43,464 nt of DNA from Seison nebaliae. Taxonomy: Eukaryota. The notes under the pieces are model-generated. The model was given only the letters and a program-made list of their open reading frames with translations. It had not been told where the DNA came from and made no database searches. Location of the stretch: positions 1 to 43,464 of the forward strand of contig JALJEE010000636.1 in assembly GCA_023231475.1 (NCBI GenBank), read 5' to 3'. The stretch's first letter is position 1, and the number at the start of each line of letters is the position of its first letter. The translations under genes were made by a program, and so were the position numbers. Shown piece after piece: positions 24,170-37,798 of this stretch.

Positions 24170-25230
24170 ATTGGGTTCCTATTTCACTTTAGGAATTGAC
24201 GTCTGCTATCGCTTTAATTGACAACCGAAAAGCACATGGGTCCGACAATCGTTGTATGAGCATCATTGCACGCTTAAGTAAAACGAATCTCCAAATAATA
24301 ATGAACGAGATAAATCGAATTATTCTTGATGGAATTGTATCTAAATCATTGTTGACGTTTTTAGTGACACATGACGGGTGGTAGAATTTCGGTATTTAAA
24401 GGTGCTTCAAAGATCCTTCATGTGTCAACTCGTATCGTCCGATACATATGTATATCCAATTCAATTGTTAAAATCATTGAAACAGTAATTTTACTTCGCT
24501 ACACTATATTCAAGTGACTACCAATTCGCATATCGATCTTCCTACTTGCTCGTACTTATTTTGTTTTTCATAACATGCGCACGTAATTCAAATGAGAAAA
24601 TTATTATGTGCCTACTTGATCCATCGAAGGCATTCCATTCAGTAAACATCAATAATGGTATTCGGATTTTACGTAATTCTGGGGTAATTCTCGGTTGATG
24701 TTCCAGTGCCGATTAAAGTATCTAATAGTTCTTTATTGCACTAGATGATATTCGCGAACATTCGCGACGATTTTAGAATTTTTTTTAACATTTATTTTAG
24801 CTGTTCGTTATTGACTTCTTCTACTGAATTCGATTGCGTTGTATCATAATTTTTTCTTGATTAGAATTGAAAATTATCATAAACATAAATTTGTAAGGTC
24901 AGATACGAATAATACCATACATGTAGGCAATTTTCCAAACAACTTCCAAAAAAATCCATTTTGTGTTTTTTAAAGAATCATTTAAACGTTCATTTGATGT
25001 ATACGTATACCAGTGGTGACTAATTAGCAAATTAATGATTGATTACCACATGAAAGGATAATAATATACATCTCATATACATCAAATATAAAGACTTTTT
25101 TTCTTGTCAGCGAAATACACAGCAATCGATAATGAACTGATTGAATCTTAATGCTTAGAAATGGCGTTCCGGTCAAGCTAACAATTTTATAGATCCAGAT
25201 ATTTTGAAGTTTGCGTACTACTGCTTTTGT
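24170..25230 (+). pseudogene. Decayed non-LTR (LINE) reverse transcriptase
   Basis: Ordered fragments across stops and frameshifts: ELTSAI..KAHGSDN..NRIILDGIV (24193-), KDPSCVNSYRPI (~24410), IVKIIETVI, LLDPSKAFHSVN (~24612), NGVP (~25160), LKFAYY for FADD (~25205). Confidence 0.8.
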
Positions 25231-25356
25231 ATTCAATTTAGGTCATTGTGAGTTTATTATAAATAAGAAAGAGTGTAGTGGAATAAGAAAGAGGAAAGAG
25301 TGTAATTCGTTAAAACTTTTCTTTCTATTTTAAATTTGAGTTTCCTTTTCTTTCTA

Positions 25357-26697
25357 ATGGATTTCTTCACATTTAAGCATGAAACTATGCAAAACCAAAG
25401 AACCTTTCTCAAAGGATTTGGACAGGTAATGCATATCATGGGAAATGATAACGATAACCTGATAAGTTGTTGTGAAACAAACATCATATTTTCCATGCTG
25501 ATAGTGTCTCAGACATTTTTAGATCTTATATATCATAGAATGAATACTTGTCCTGATAAACGTTTCACAGGTAACACTACCGGAACTATTAAGGACGAAG
25601 AGTTATCATATATATTGTTTAAAGCTCTTTTTGATGCAAATAGTGGTACTACTCGAGATGTCATGAAATTAGCTGAGAATGAATGTGTTAATAAAGAAAA
25701 TACAGCGGAAAAAAAAAAAGAACTATGTTATATGCCAAACGAATTATCGTCCTATTCAGCAAAATATTTACCAACATATTTTCCTCCATATGTACACCTC
25801 AATACAGTAATTTCAGATCTTGTCACAGCCACTGCCGAATTCATGGAAATGCCAGAACTTAATTTCCGGTCTGTGTATTATCCTATGCTAAGGGTGTTTA
25901 ATTTGGAATTGGGACTAAACCGTATGAAAAGTGATGGGATTAAGACTATAAAATTCTATCGCGATTATTATGACCAAATCGGTCAACACACTATGGGTCC
26001 ATTGCGTCATTATATAATTGATAAAAAAATTAAACCTAAAACGATTCAAATATCTTTCCGGGAATCAATTATTTTGCGCATTCATGAACGAACTTATCCC
26101 TCCTTTGTTGCATTCATAAATACGTTCATTCTAGATGGAATTGAGGCATCGCCAATTCCTGATTTTAAAGTATTTTTAGAAACCCCACGGTTTACTATGC
26201 CAAGTTTGACAGAAAATTCCATTATTGGTTACCCATTCCCTAGCGACCAAGGTGATACATTCTATCCAATGATAGGTATGACATTTCGAATTAGTGAACA
26301 ATTTGAATATCAGATGGGAGCTACGAACACATTAATGGTCGAATCAGACGTATTGCTCTGTGTTGAAAAAATCCGCATTATAACCAAAAGGTACTTCAAA
26401 ACTCCTGCAGAATCTGAGTTTCTGGATCTATATGTCAGAAAATATGTTGGATATTTCCAATCACTTTGCGCTAAAATATTTTTGTCTTTTGCTGAATATA
26501 ATATTGATGTTAATCAAGAGAAAAAGTTTCATAGATTTGCTGTTACTAATCTCTTAGGAAAATGGCGTTTGATGGACGATCAATATTCCTTCGTCGTTGG
26601 TGATATCCAAACAGTTTTCTCCTACATGGAGAATTTAGTTATTGATTCTGTTCTACTTGAAAATAATGATATCGATGTTAACAAATCCAATATATAA
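25357..26697 (+). CDS. Intronless hypothetical protein (~446 aa)
   Basis: Long uninterrupted ORF from the first ATG at 25357, with AATAAA at ~26712. No family recognised. Confidence 0.7.
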   Translation: MDFFTFKHETMQNQRTFLKGFGQVMHIMGNDNDNLISCCETNIIFSMLIVSQTFLDLIYHRMNTCPDKRFTGNTTGTIKDEELSYILFKALFDANSGTTRDVMKLAENECVNKENTAEKKKELCYMPNELSSYSAKYLPTYFPPYVHLNTVISDLVTATAEFMEMPELNFRSVYYPMLRVFNLELGLNRMKSDGIKTIKFYRDYYDQIGQHTMGPLRHYIIDKKIKPKTIQISFRESIILRIHERTYPSFVAFINTFILDGIEASPIPDFKVFLETPRFTMPSLTENSIIGYPFPSDQGDTFYPMIGMTFRISEQFEYQMGATNTLMVESDVLLCVEKIRIITKRYFKTPAESEFLDLYVRKYVGYFQSLCAKIFLSFAEYNIDVNQEKKFHRFAVTNLLGKWRLMDDQYSFVVGDIQTVFSYMENLVIDSVLLENNDIDVNKSNI

Positions 26698-26869
26698 ATA
26701 CGAATTAGTTGAATAAAAATCATTTGTAAAAATAAACAAGTATATCGTGAACAAATTTAAAAAATTATAAGTATTTGATGACCTACATTCTTGGTGACAT
26801 ACTATAGTATATTACACCTAGAATTCACTATATTAATGGTAAAATTATATCCGTCTGGAATAAATTTTA

Positions 26870-27230
26870 AAAACTGTTTTGGCTTGTAAGTTTTTAGTCG
26901 AAATAAAAACTTCAGTTTAAACTTAAAATAAAAACTTGGTAAAAGTCTGTTGAACGCCACAGAAAAAAAAAAATTTTTTTTGTCTGAAAATAAACGTATA
27001 GGCCTTTGAAATCTAAATTGAAATTTTAAAAACACTATCATGTTCAGAATAGTTTCAAAGGACTTTATTCAACAGACTTTTATGGTACTTTATTTTACCA
27101 AGTTTTTATTATAAGTTTTCTGTGTAAGTTTTTATTGAGTTTTTATCAATCGACTTTGTGAGTTTAAACTATTAGTTGATATATGGATAAAAACTACTAG
27201 ACTTAAAAGAAAAAAAAGTTTCTATTAAAA
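26870..27230. repeat. Degenerate large inverted repeat (foldback/MITE relic)
   Basis: AATAAAAACTTGGTAAAA / TTTTACCAAGTTTTTATT, AAAAGTCTGTTGAA / TTCAACAGACTTTT and CCTTTGAAA / TTTCAAAGG are nested around ~27030. Confidence 0.6.
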
Positions 27231-27240
27231 AAACTAGTTT

Positions 27241-28032
27241 TCATCGAGCAGTATTCTGCTGTCACCTACTAGATCATTGTCGATTATTTCTTATTTTTAT
27301 TATTCGATCATCTTCCCATCTCTCTTGTAATTTCGAGCGCATCCTGACCCAACTCAAGGATTCCTAGTCTATAGAAGTACTGCAAACACCGTACATATTC
27401 CAATTATTATTTCCTCTGATTGAACAACAAGCTACATTTTTCGATGTCTCCATCACTTCGATCAATATGACTATCTCCGTCACGTAACAGTTATCTCGGA
27501 TGGAAAATTGTTCATGCTCAACAATTTTTCATCGGCAATTGCATCGGCCTACTCTTCAATTTCCAATTTCTCCTTTATCTCTCATCTCAAACGTCGTGCC
27601 ACGCTTTCTTTTAAAAACATTCGACACACTCTTTCCCAATTCAATCATGAGTCCTAGTTAGAGTCACGTAAAATTTTTCAAAAGTCTCTGAGAAACTGCA
27701 TTAAAGATGACTTTCATATTTCTCTTCATGATTTCAAAAATTTCATATTCTTATACGATTCGACATCGAATCTAGGAGCGGAACTCACCACCTTTCCAAT
27801 TTCCGGAGTGGAAATCACTCTAATTTCGGAACGAAACTCACTCTGTAAAAAAAGGCTAAATACTGCAATTCGGACGGACACTCACTCACTATCAATATTT
27901 CGTATAGGAAATTACCCAGTATTATCATTTGGGAGAAGAACTGACTCATTTTTTTCAATTTCAAAGTGGAACTCCGATGGAAGGTTATTTCAATGGATGG
28001 ACGACGAAAATTTCCTTTCTTTTTTATTCTAA
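27241..28032 (+). pseudogene. Disrupted reading frame of unknown family
   Basis: One frame runs ~264 codons with only three internal stops (TAA 27328, TGA 27421, TAG 27655), far fewer than the flanking AT-rich DNA. Confidence 0.5.
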
Positions 28033-28276
28033 ATTCAGTCTCCAATTTATTACATAATAATAATAATATTAAAAAATGAATAAAATCATTTCAAAGTAAT
28101 CACTTTAATTATATACTGTAAAAGACCAATACAATATCAATATGAGTATTGAACTACGTCCAAAATGAAACTTACTAACATGAATGAATAGTTAAAATAA
28201 CTTGTTATTAAACTTAATAATAATAATGAAAAGAATAACAATATAATAAAGGAGGAAAAGAAAGAAATTTGAACAA

Positions 28277-29941
28277 TTATCCATAAACCGGTTTGCCATG
28301 AACACGAACACGATAAATACAAGTGAAGCGTTCATTACCATAATTGGAAAGGATTTTCACTTTAATATATTGAAAGAGTGGTGATTCCATTCCTTTCTTA
28401 TTCTCATTCGAAAGTTCAATGGGAAGTTGAATATCGAAGAATTGGATATATTCCAATGTATTAATCTGATATTCGAATTCACCTAAAAAATATTCTTTCG
28501 TTTCTTCGTTGGAGTGTTGAGGCGAATGGAGTAATGACGATGTTCCTGTAAAGAATTCTTCATAAGCAAACACTTGGAATGTTCTCAAAGCAGAAATGAT
28601 TTGTCCTTCCAAGGCAACACTAATCGGTATGTGTTCGATACTGATGGATTTGATGATGGATTTTAATGGTAATTTAATGACGACAAATCCTTGATCTCCA
28701 TTCATTGCCCAACAATCACCAGGCATCGAATTCGGTTGGAGAATTGTCTGTACAGATCGTAATTCTGTTGATTGACCATTTGTGATGAAGTTCAATAATT
28801 TGCCTCCTTGTCCTTTATATGATTGAGAATGTTGGATGACTTGTCCTCCCGATGTACTCATTGCCAAATCGGGTAAACCGGTTTTATCCGCATTATATTG
28901 ATAGAGTGCTAATCGAATTAGATTTTTCATATTCTCATTATCATTCGATGATAATAAATTGAAGAATTTACTCAATTTATTTTTCGAGTTCTTCAACAAT
29001 TTCTTTCCCGTGACGAATTGAGAATGTAAAAGAAACGGTAAATCTGATGAAGAGCAGATTTGAGGTGATTTGTCTTTAATTAATTTCTCCATTTGTGAAA
29101 TTTTCGAACGAAGATCTTCTATCGACAATTGGACGTTATCTTTCTCATTTTTATTCTGAGAATTTTCATTATCTAAATTCCATCTTCTGTTATCATTATC
29201 AGAAGTTTTAGTGAAAACTGAAGAAATATAATTAATGAGATTCGGTGTATCATTAATGATAGCTGTATTTATTTGTCCTCTTCCATCATTCATTCGACCC
29301 ATATAATCACTGAGACGATTATTCAACATTTCATTTTGTTTTTCTAATACTTCCAATTTCTCGTTAATTAATTGATCTCGTTCTTTCATCTTCAACCATT
29401 TACAATTAGATTCTTTCGTATTTCCATTTTCTTTAGGTTGTGATCGAATAAAATTCGACATCGACCGTTGATTCTCATGCATCTGATGGAATTGAGATTG
29501 GAGATATTCGATTCGTTTATTCATCTGTTGAATCCTACCCGTTATTAGAGACACATAAGAATTAAATGCTTCCTCTATTAACTTCTCGCATGTCTTCTCA
29601 TTCATTCGAGTCATATTAGTCGAATGTTTCGACCGACTTAATAAGAAGGAAATCTTCTTCCGAATTCGTTTCAATATCTTTATCAACGTATCTTTCGCTA
29701 AAGGTGGTATAAAACGTTGTTGCCATGACGACGGGAATAAAGTGAAGGATGTGGCTGTCTCCAAAGGAGAATAAGGTAACATCAACTTGAGATTATCATC
29801 TCCAATATCAGCCATAGGAGTATCCAATATCCAGGAAATGGTGGGAAAAGCGAAAAGATAAACGAAAAGAAACGCACACGATATGTAAACTATCACCCAT
29901 ACACATGACGGTTTCGGATGTGAACGATGCAATCTCGACAT
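28277..29941 (-). CDS. SUN-domain inner nuclear membrane protein (SUN1/2-like)
   Basis: N-terminal TM segment and coiled coils, then YNADKTGLPDLAM..GGQV, PGDCWAM, ISIEHIP, SNYGNERFTCIYRVRVHG. Intronless. Confidence 0.93.
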   Translation of the reverse strand: MSRLHRSHPKPSCVWVIVYISCAFLFVYLFAFPTISWILDTPMADIGDDNLKLMLPYSPLETATSFTLFPSSWQQRFIPPLAKDTLIKILKRIRKKISFLLSRSKHSTNMTRMNEKTCEKLIEEAFNSYVSLITGRIQQMNKRIEYLQSQFHQMHENQRSMSNFIRSQPKENGNTKESNCKWLKMKERDQLINEKLEVLEKQNEMLNNRLSDYMGRMNDGRGQINTAIINDTPNLINYISSVFTKTSDNDNRRWNLDNENSQNKNEKDNVQLSIEDLRSKISQMEKLIKDKSPQICSSSDLPFLLHSQFVTGKKLLKNSKNKLSKFFNLLSSNDNENMKNLIRLALYQYNADKTGLPDLAMSTSGGQVIQHSQSYKGQGGKLLNFITNGQSTELRSVQTILQPNSMPGDCWAMNGDQGFVVIKLPLKSIIKSISIEHIPISVALEGQIISALRTFQVFAYEEFFTGTSSLLHSPQHSNEETKEYFLGEFEYQINTLEYIQFFDIQLPIELSNENKKGMESPLFQYIKVKILSNYGNERFTCIYRVRVHGKPVYG

Positions 29942-30205
29942 CCTCCCCTATTGTTCTATATTTGAATATTTTTCCTTAAAAATTAATTATTTCTTTCACA
30001 AATACAATCTTTTTCAAATTTACTACTATACTTCAAATTGAAACATACGTTGAAATAATAAGATTAAGAATAAAAAGAAGAAATTTTAAATTGTTTGACA
30101 ATTTGAGATAATCTTATGGCGATACAACAAAAAATGTGGAAAGCTTAAATTTGAAAAACTGCAAAAAATCTGATTGTTTAGTTTATCTCCATCAATATTT
30201 CTTCC

Positions 30206-30219
30206 GTTGCCATGACAAC
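30206..30219. promoter_or_regulatory. RFX X-box motif upstream of CEP72
   Basis: GTTGCCATGACAAC is a near-perfect match to the palindromic X-box GTTGCCATGGCAAC, ~100 bp before the CEP72 ATG. Confidence 0.65.
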
Positions 30220-30319
30220 TGTTACTACTCATGTAAAGGTATGCGGAAATTCATTACCAGGTGAACGGAAAATAGTCAACATCAACACAATACCGATATT
30301 CTCATATCATATTCACAAC

Positions 30320-31976
30320 ATGCAAATTGATAAAGAATGGATTTTCCAAAAAACAGGACTCTCCTCAGAGAATAGCGGTTTGGTCTAGTTTCTTCGAGTT
30401 TCACTTTACTTTTTTCAATGTAGAAAATGTCAAGTGTCTTTCGTTGCCTGGTTCTTATTTGGAGAAGATTGAAGATTTAGGACAGTCGCTAGAATCGTTC
30501 TCTCGCATAAAAGAATTGGACCTCTCAAACAACTCCATCCAAAATTTGACAGTTTAATATTTTCTATTTTATTTCGAAAATTCATTGGGGGGAAAAGTCT
30601 CTTGGTAGTTTGGAATATTTAGAGAAACTAAATTTATTTTATAACAACATCCGTCATCTGAATGAAATAAAGAAATTAAATAAATTGAAAAATTTAAGAG
30701 AACTCGATTTGCGATTAAATCCAATTAACACATATGACAATTTATATCGGAAGAATATTCTTCGCTTAATTCCTTCACTTCAACTGTTAGACAATCGGGA
30801 AGTTACGAAAGATGACCGAATATTTGACGAAGAAGTTGATGAATTACTGACAAAAAATAGTAACAAATGGACCTCAAATGAGAGTAGTTTAGGAAAATAT
30901 GATAATTTATCTCCGAAAGTATTAGAATTGGAGAAAAATGATCAAAAAGAAAATTCGATGAGAAGGGACGACATCAAATCGTTTCCAACAGAACGTCAAT
31001 TTGCTCCGAAAATTCCATCAAGAAATCCAACTGATAGCATTACTGATTACGATAATATTAATTTCATGACAATTGAGAAACCATCGAAGCATGAACGAAA
31101 AAAATTGGAGAACAATAATAATTTGTCAAAATATCAACGATGTAAATCGTTATATGATATCAATTATCGACCACATTTGTCAAATGTACAAGTAGTTTCC
31201 ACTAATCAAGATAAGAAGTTAAATGACGAAATATCAAACCAATTCACCTCAAACACTTTAGAGAAAACTGATTTAATAGATAGATCATATCGAATGACTA
31301 ATGGAATTTCAGATGATTCTTATTCAAATAATTTTTCATCAAGATATGACAATTCCCCATCATTCCATGAGAAGGATATTAATGGAAATGTTCTTCATAT
31401 CGATACATTAGAAAAAGATCGAGATAACCACCAGTCAATGAATAATCATTTGAATGATGATATTGAACATGATTCCTTTAATTCTTTTAATACGGAAAAT
31501 AGTGTTATCAAAATAATTTCCTTAATCGATCGATATTGGAAAGGAACAAACAGTCTCAATTCAAATCCTTCATTCATCAGTTAATATTATAAATTAATTT
31601 ATATTTTTAAAATTTTTTTTTAAAGATAAATTGGAAAAAGTTCTTCGACCGTTTGAAAAGCATGATCAAAATTTCAATGCATTTGATGTGCACAGAAATC
31701 ATTTGAATGATAATAATAGTTCTTCTCAATTATCAGCTTTCTTCTTCATTTTTCTAGTTATATCATTGGAAAACGAGAGATTAAAAAAAGAAATTGAAGA
31801 ATTAAGAAAAAAGTTGGAGGAGTCGAAGAAATACTCGAAACTTTCAACTATGTTGGAGGAGAGTCATCAGTTAGTAATTGATAAAAACGTTGAAAATTTA
31901 ATTCTGCTTCAGATCTTTAATCTCAACTAATGAACATTTATTATCCCAACTACTTCATTTTCAACGAATGAAATAA
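30320..31976 (+). CDS. CEP72: Centrosomal protein CEP72 (LRR plus C-terminal coiled coil), 6 exons
   Basis: Motifs LSLPGSYLEKIEDLGQSL, LNLFYNNI, LDLRLNP and a C-terminal LEESH-x-SLISTNEHLL. Introns 30378-30423, 30552-30597, 31580-31625, 31719-31757, 31870-31912. Confidence 0.88.
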
Positions 31977-32433
31977 ATTTTCGATGTAGAATCATCAAAC
32001 ATCCATTTAATGACAAATAATGACAATGTTTAAATGTTAAAATTTTTCCAGTTTTTTATCGAAAAATTTTTTTTTCAATTATTTTTTAGGAGAAACTTTT
32101 TTCGAGTTATTTGCATAGAATTTATTGTTGAATAAAAACTGTGAAAGAAATAATGAAATTTTTTCTTATTTTCCTGATGCAACAAATATTTTGGGGAAAA
32201 TGAAGTTTTTAGGAAGGGGTTGTACTTTGGCGGTTTGTTTGACGATTCGTTTAAATGATTTAAGGCGATTAAAATATTGGAAAATGATGAGAAAGCACAA
32301 CACATGTAAACTGATAAGGAAAACCGAGATAGAGAAAAGCGAAATTGAATTGAAGCAAAACGATTGCTATGAGATTTCAATACTTTTCTTTCAAAAATAA
32401 AAGAATAACAAGAGGCATTGAATGGCAGGTGAA

Positions 32434-33579
32434 TTAGCTGGTGGAGAAGGAATTTGGTTGTTTGCACGAAATATTTAAGAAATGTACACAATTGTTATCA
32501 GTTGCGGAGATAAGTTTATGTTGGAGGAATGATGAACATTTTACATCGATCGAATTAATAGCGAGTGGTAAGGGAGGAATCAGATGTGACGGTGTAACAG
32601 TTGCATCTCCAATTTCCCAAATGAAAAGTAAACCATCTTCTCCACATGAATATAAATGGTCGGAATTAGCGAAACAAATATCCCAGACACAATCCTTATG
32701 TCCATGAGAATTATTTGTACCGAGAGTGGTGACAGGTAAGTCCAATTGTCGAATGTCGAATAAATGGATGGGACCGGTCATTGCTGCTACAGCCATTAAA
32801 TTCGAATTAATTGGATGTACATCGAGTTTAATAAATGCATCTTTTATAATATTTCTATCCAATTGATGATATTGATTTGGTCGATGGAATTTTTCACTAG
32901 TTCTTTGTCGTTTATCAAAAACTAAAATATTTCCGTCATTATTTACACCGTAAATGATGAAATTATTATCATTTGAATAATGAATGTCGTTAATGGAACA
33001 AGTACATTTCACACCATTCTCATCATTCTCTTTCCATTCGTGAATAACATTTCTTTGTCGAAATAAATCTAAAACTTTTACTTGACCGTTCACTCCGGAA
33101 CAAACTGCCGTATCCTCCACCAATGGAGATGTGGCAATCGCTTGAACACAACAACCTTTCATCATATTAAAATAATATTGATCATCATATGTGAGTGATC
33201 GATCGACATTTTCAAATGAGAATAATTTTGACCAATAAGAAATCGTATCGATAACTCCTGATCCGTTATCACCTTTTCCAATGGAGAACAAAGTAACCGA
33301 ACCGTTCGTTGAACCAGTAATACAAAAATCACCATTACCTAACCAATTCATACATCGGACTCGACCTGAGTGTGAAGCTGAAGATAATTTATCAAGGAAT
33401 TCTTCATTTTCACTCATCTCCCACAATGTCACTTCACTCGCCTCCGTCCAACTACCTGTTAATATTCTCCTCTCATTCAGCTTTGGAGACCATTTTATTT
33501 GATGAATTATATCTTTCGTTGTATTTGTTTGCACTTTGTTAATTTTAAAGAAATCATTCCCACCACAATCCTCCTCCAT
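32434..33579 (-). CDS. NUP43: Nucleoporin Nup43 (WD40)
   Basis: IKW-P..LTGSW..VTLW, HSGRV..TGSTNGSVTLF, VHP..FDIRQ, HLYSCGEDGLLFIW, LAINSIDV..ATDN follow the Nup43 pattern. Intronless. Confidence 0.8.
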   Translation of the reverse strand: MEEDCGGNDFFKINKVQTNTTKDIIHQIKWSPKLNERRILTGSWTEASEVTLWEMSENEEFLDKLSSASHSGRVRCMNWLGNGDFCITGSTNGSVTLFSIGKGDNGSGVIDTISYWSKLFSFENVDRSLTYDDQYYFNMMKGCCVQAIATSPLVEDTAVCSGVNGQVKVLDLFRQRNVIHEWKENDENGVKCTCSINDIHYSNDNNFIIYGVNNDGNILVFDKRQRTSEKFHRPNQYHQLDRNIIKDAFIKLDVHPINSNLMAVAAMTGPIHLFDIRQLDLPVTTLGTNNSHGHKDCVWDICFANSDHLYSCGEDGLLFIWEIGDATVTPSHLIPPLPLAINSIDVKCSSFLQHKLISATDNNCVHFLNISCKQPNSFSTS

Positions 33580-34968
33580 TGAACAAAGAAAAACAAATTG
33601 ATGTCAAATGAAAAATTATGTGATCGAAATAAAAATCACATTTGATTGATTATACTCTGTAATTCAACTAAAATACAACACCTTTCTTTATCTGTAATGA
33701 GAAATAAAGAAAAGAAAAAATTCTCATCAAAAATTATTTTTACGAACTTTTCAATTTTCAAATGTTAAGCTTAATTCAAATTTTCACTATTTCCAATCAA
33801 GAAGAGACGATAAATAACAACATGTTTAAATTCATCATTAATGTGCATGGGTGAAGATTAATGTGTGGATGAAATACATTTCCATACAATAAATAGTAAA
33901 TTACAATTAAATTGTCAGTTACAATTTCCATACGCTAACTACTTCATTTTCTAATGTTTGTGTCATTTCATCCAAAGTTTAAGTAGTAATATCGATAAAA
34001 TATGCATACGCACTTCAACTTCCATTCTTCGTACGAGTCTGTATGTATGTAAATTAGAATGCTAATTCAATTATGTCAGACAATGAAATTATTGGATATT
34101 GTTCTCTTCGTTGGTGATGTTGTTGAATGGAGTGAAATTCGAATAAGACAAAGCTAAAATTTTGAATTAAAATTTTTTTTTCTCTCTTTCCCCTTTCTCG
34201 TAATCGTTCCATTTGTTTATTAGGAAAGTAATTCACCAAGAAAATAATCAATACAGATATAAAGCTTTCTTTCATTGAACCAACATACGGAATATACACG
34301 ACTTTTACTTTTCGAATACAGCTTTATTAATCTCTTTTATTTTTCTTTTATTTCTATTAATCTGTTTAACTGTTCACATTATATTGTTCTCCCTACCCAA
34401 TAATAATGCTTCATGTGCAAATATATGTAGAGAAGAATTAATATATTCATTCTCCCTCTCATTTCGGCATACGGGAACAGATTGATTTCTATCTTTCTAT
34501 CTTCCACTCCTCAATTATTACTACAGAAAATGTGGTGGGTAGTATCTGTCTTTCTTCCCTAACCATTCTCTCATTATGTGGATAGAATTCGAATAAGACC
34601 TTCTTTCAACACCAATTTATTGAATAGACATCAAACAAATTTTCAATTTATTTATTACACTCCACTAAATGTTACATGTCTTCAATTCCCATTCACATAA
34701 AAGCACACTTATAGACGCATATGTCAGAGTTATTTGAGGATTTATTAATTTTTTTATTCGAATTAATTTCATTCTGTCGGAAAGACCGTACGTTAAATTG
34801 TCTATTAGATTAGAGGAATAAATTGACAAGATCTTCTTTTGACTTTCCTCTTCAATTACATCAACTTGTCTTTATAAATTCTTCTCATTTTATTTCTGTA
34901 TTCTCCCAACAAACTTCATTCCTTCACTCATAGACATTTTGTGCGTGTGTCTTTCATTTTGAGGCACG

Positions 34969-36546
<1,578 letters not shown>

Positions 36547-36694
36547 TTCATTGAATGACATAAATAATTCTTTTATTAATTTCTCTATTGGAAAATGGAA
36601 TTACTTCATAATATTTTATTAATGACTTTTGGCTATTCCTTCCCACTCTCTACAATCACGTCACCTGATAATTTGAATAATTAACATAATTTGG

Positions 36695-36865
36695 AATGTT
36701 TGGGAAATTGTAAAATTATTCATGTGGGATATTTCGCACATGGGAATTTATTCATCTGGGACATTTGGTATATGGGAATTGATTAATTTGGGACATTTGG
36801 TCAATTGGAAAATATTAATTTGGGACATTTGGTACATGGGAAATAATTAATTTGGGACATTTTAC
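36695..36865. repeat. ~32-bp minisatellite (TTAATTTGGGACATTTGGTACATGGGAA-like), about 5 degenerate units
   Basis: TGGGACATTT recurs at ~31-32 bp spacing, alternating with ATGGGAA. Confidence 0.75.
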
Positions 36866-37798
36866 AATTAATTTTATTTGGCATTTTACAGATGCAGAAA
36901 TGAGCCGTACAAACGAATCTGTAAAATAATTCTTGTTATTTCGTATCATCAAACGTCTATGTATTTGATTTTTGAAGATTTAGTAATTTTTTGTTGGAGA
37001 AGTATTGAAAAATATTTTGATAAAATAAATTTTTTTCTTCAAATTTTTTATTTCTCTCATTTCTTCCTGAGTCTCGTTGACATTCTTTTCAATATCAGTC
37101 CTCCTTAAATTTGCTTATATTCTCGATTACTGTCCGCTTCTTAAAACGAATTAAATTATCTAACAGTCTTTCACCAAATTATTATTGTCAAATAAAAATT
37201 GTCAATTTCCTGATAATTATTAAAGGCTTGTTTATGAGTTAGATAGATAATTTAATTCATTTTCAGCACTACAATCTAATCATGTTTATTTAATATCATT
37301 TCCTTTAAATATCTCATATGTAAATAAGTGTTTAGGAAGGAAATTTCTCGTTTTGACCTTTCCCCTTTGTCCAACATCTACATGTTGAGTAGATACAACA
37401 ACAAACAGAGTACAAGTCGTCTCTGTTGTGAGTTCATGTATATATCTGTTCTAATATAACTTTAAATTTATTTGGAGAACATGAATTTTATTAGTAGATA
37501 ATCAATCAAGAGTAGATAAATACTTAGAAAGTGGGGAAAGTTTTTAATAAATTTCCTTCACGCAAACACAAACAATCTCATCTTTTCCTACTTACAAAAA
37601 CGATCTAAACATCCTTCGAATTTTTATTAGATTTTTAATGGAAAAATTTTAGGGAAATTAACGAAATTATTCCAAATAAAAACGACATTAATTTGTTGAA
37701 GAGGAATTGCCTCTATCGTTCTAATTCGGAATTCTTATGCTCCTAAATATGATATTACTATGACAATGATGCATCATTAATGCAATTCATCTTCCAAT

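Noticed and set aside
4702..33579. Functional cluster of nuclear-envelope genes (Rae1, SUN, Nup43)
   Set aside because: Interspersed with unrelated genes; chance is adequate without synteny data.
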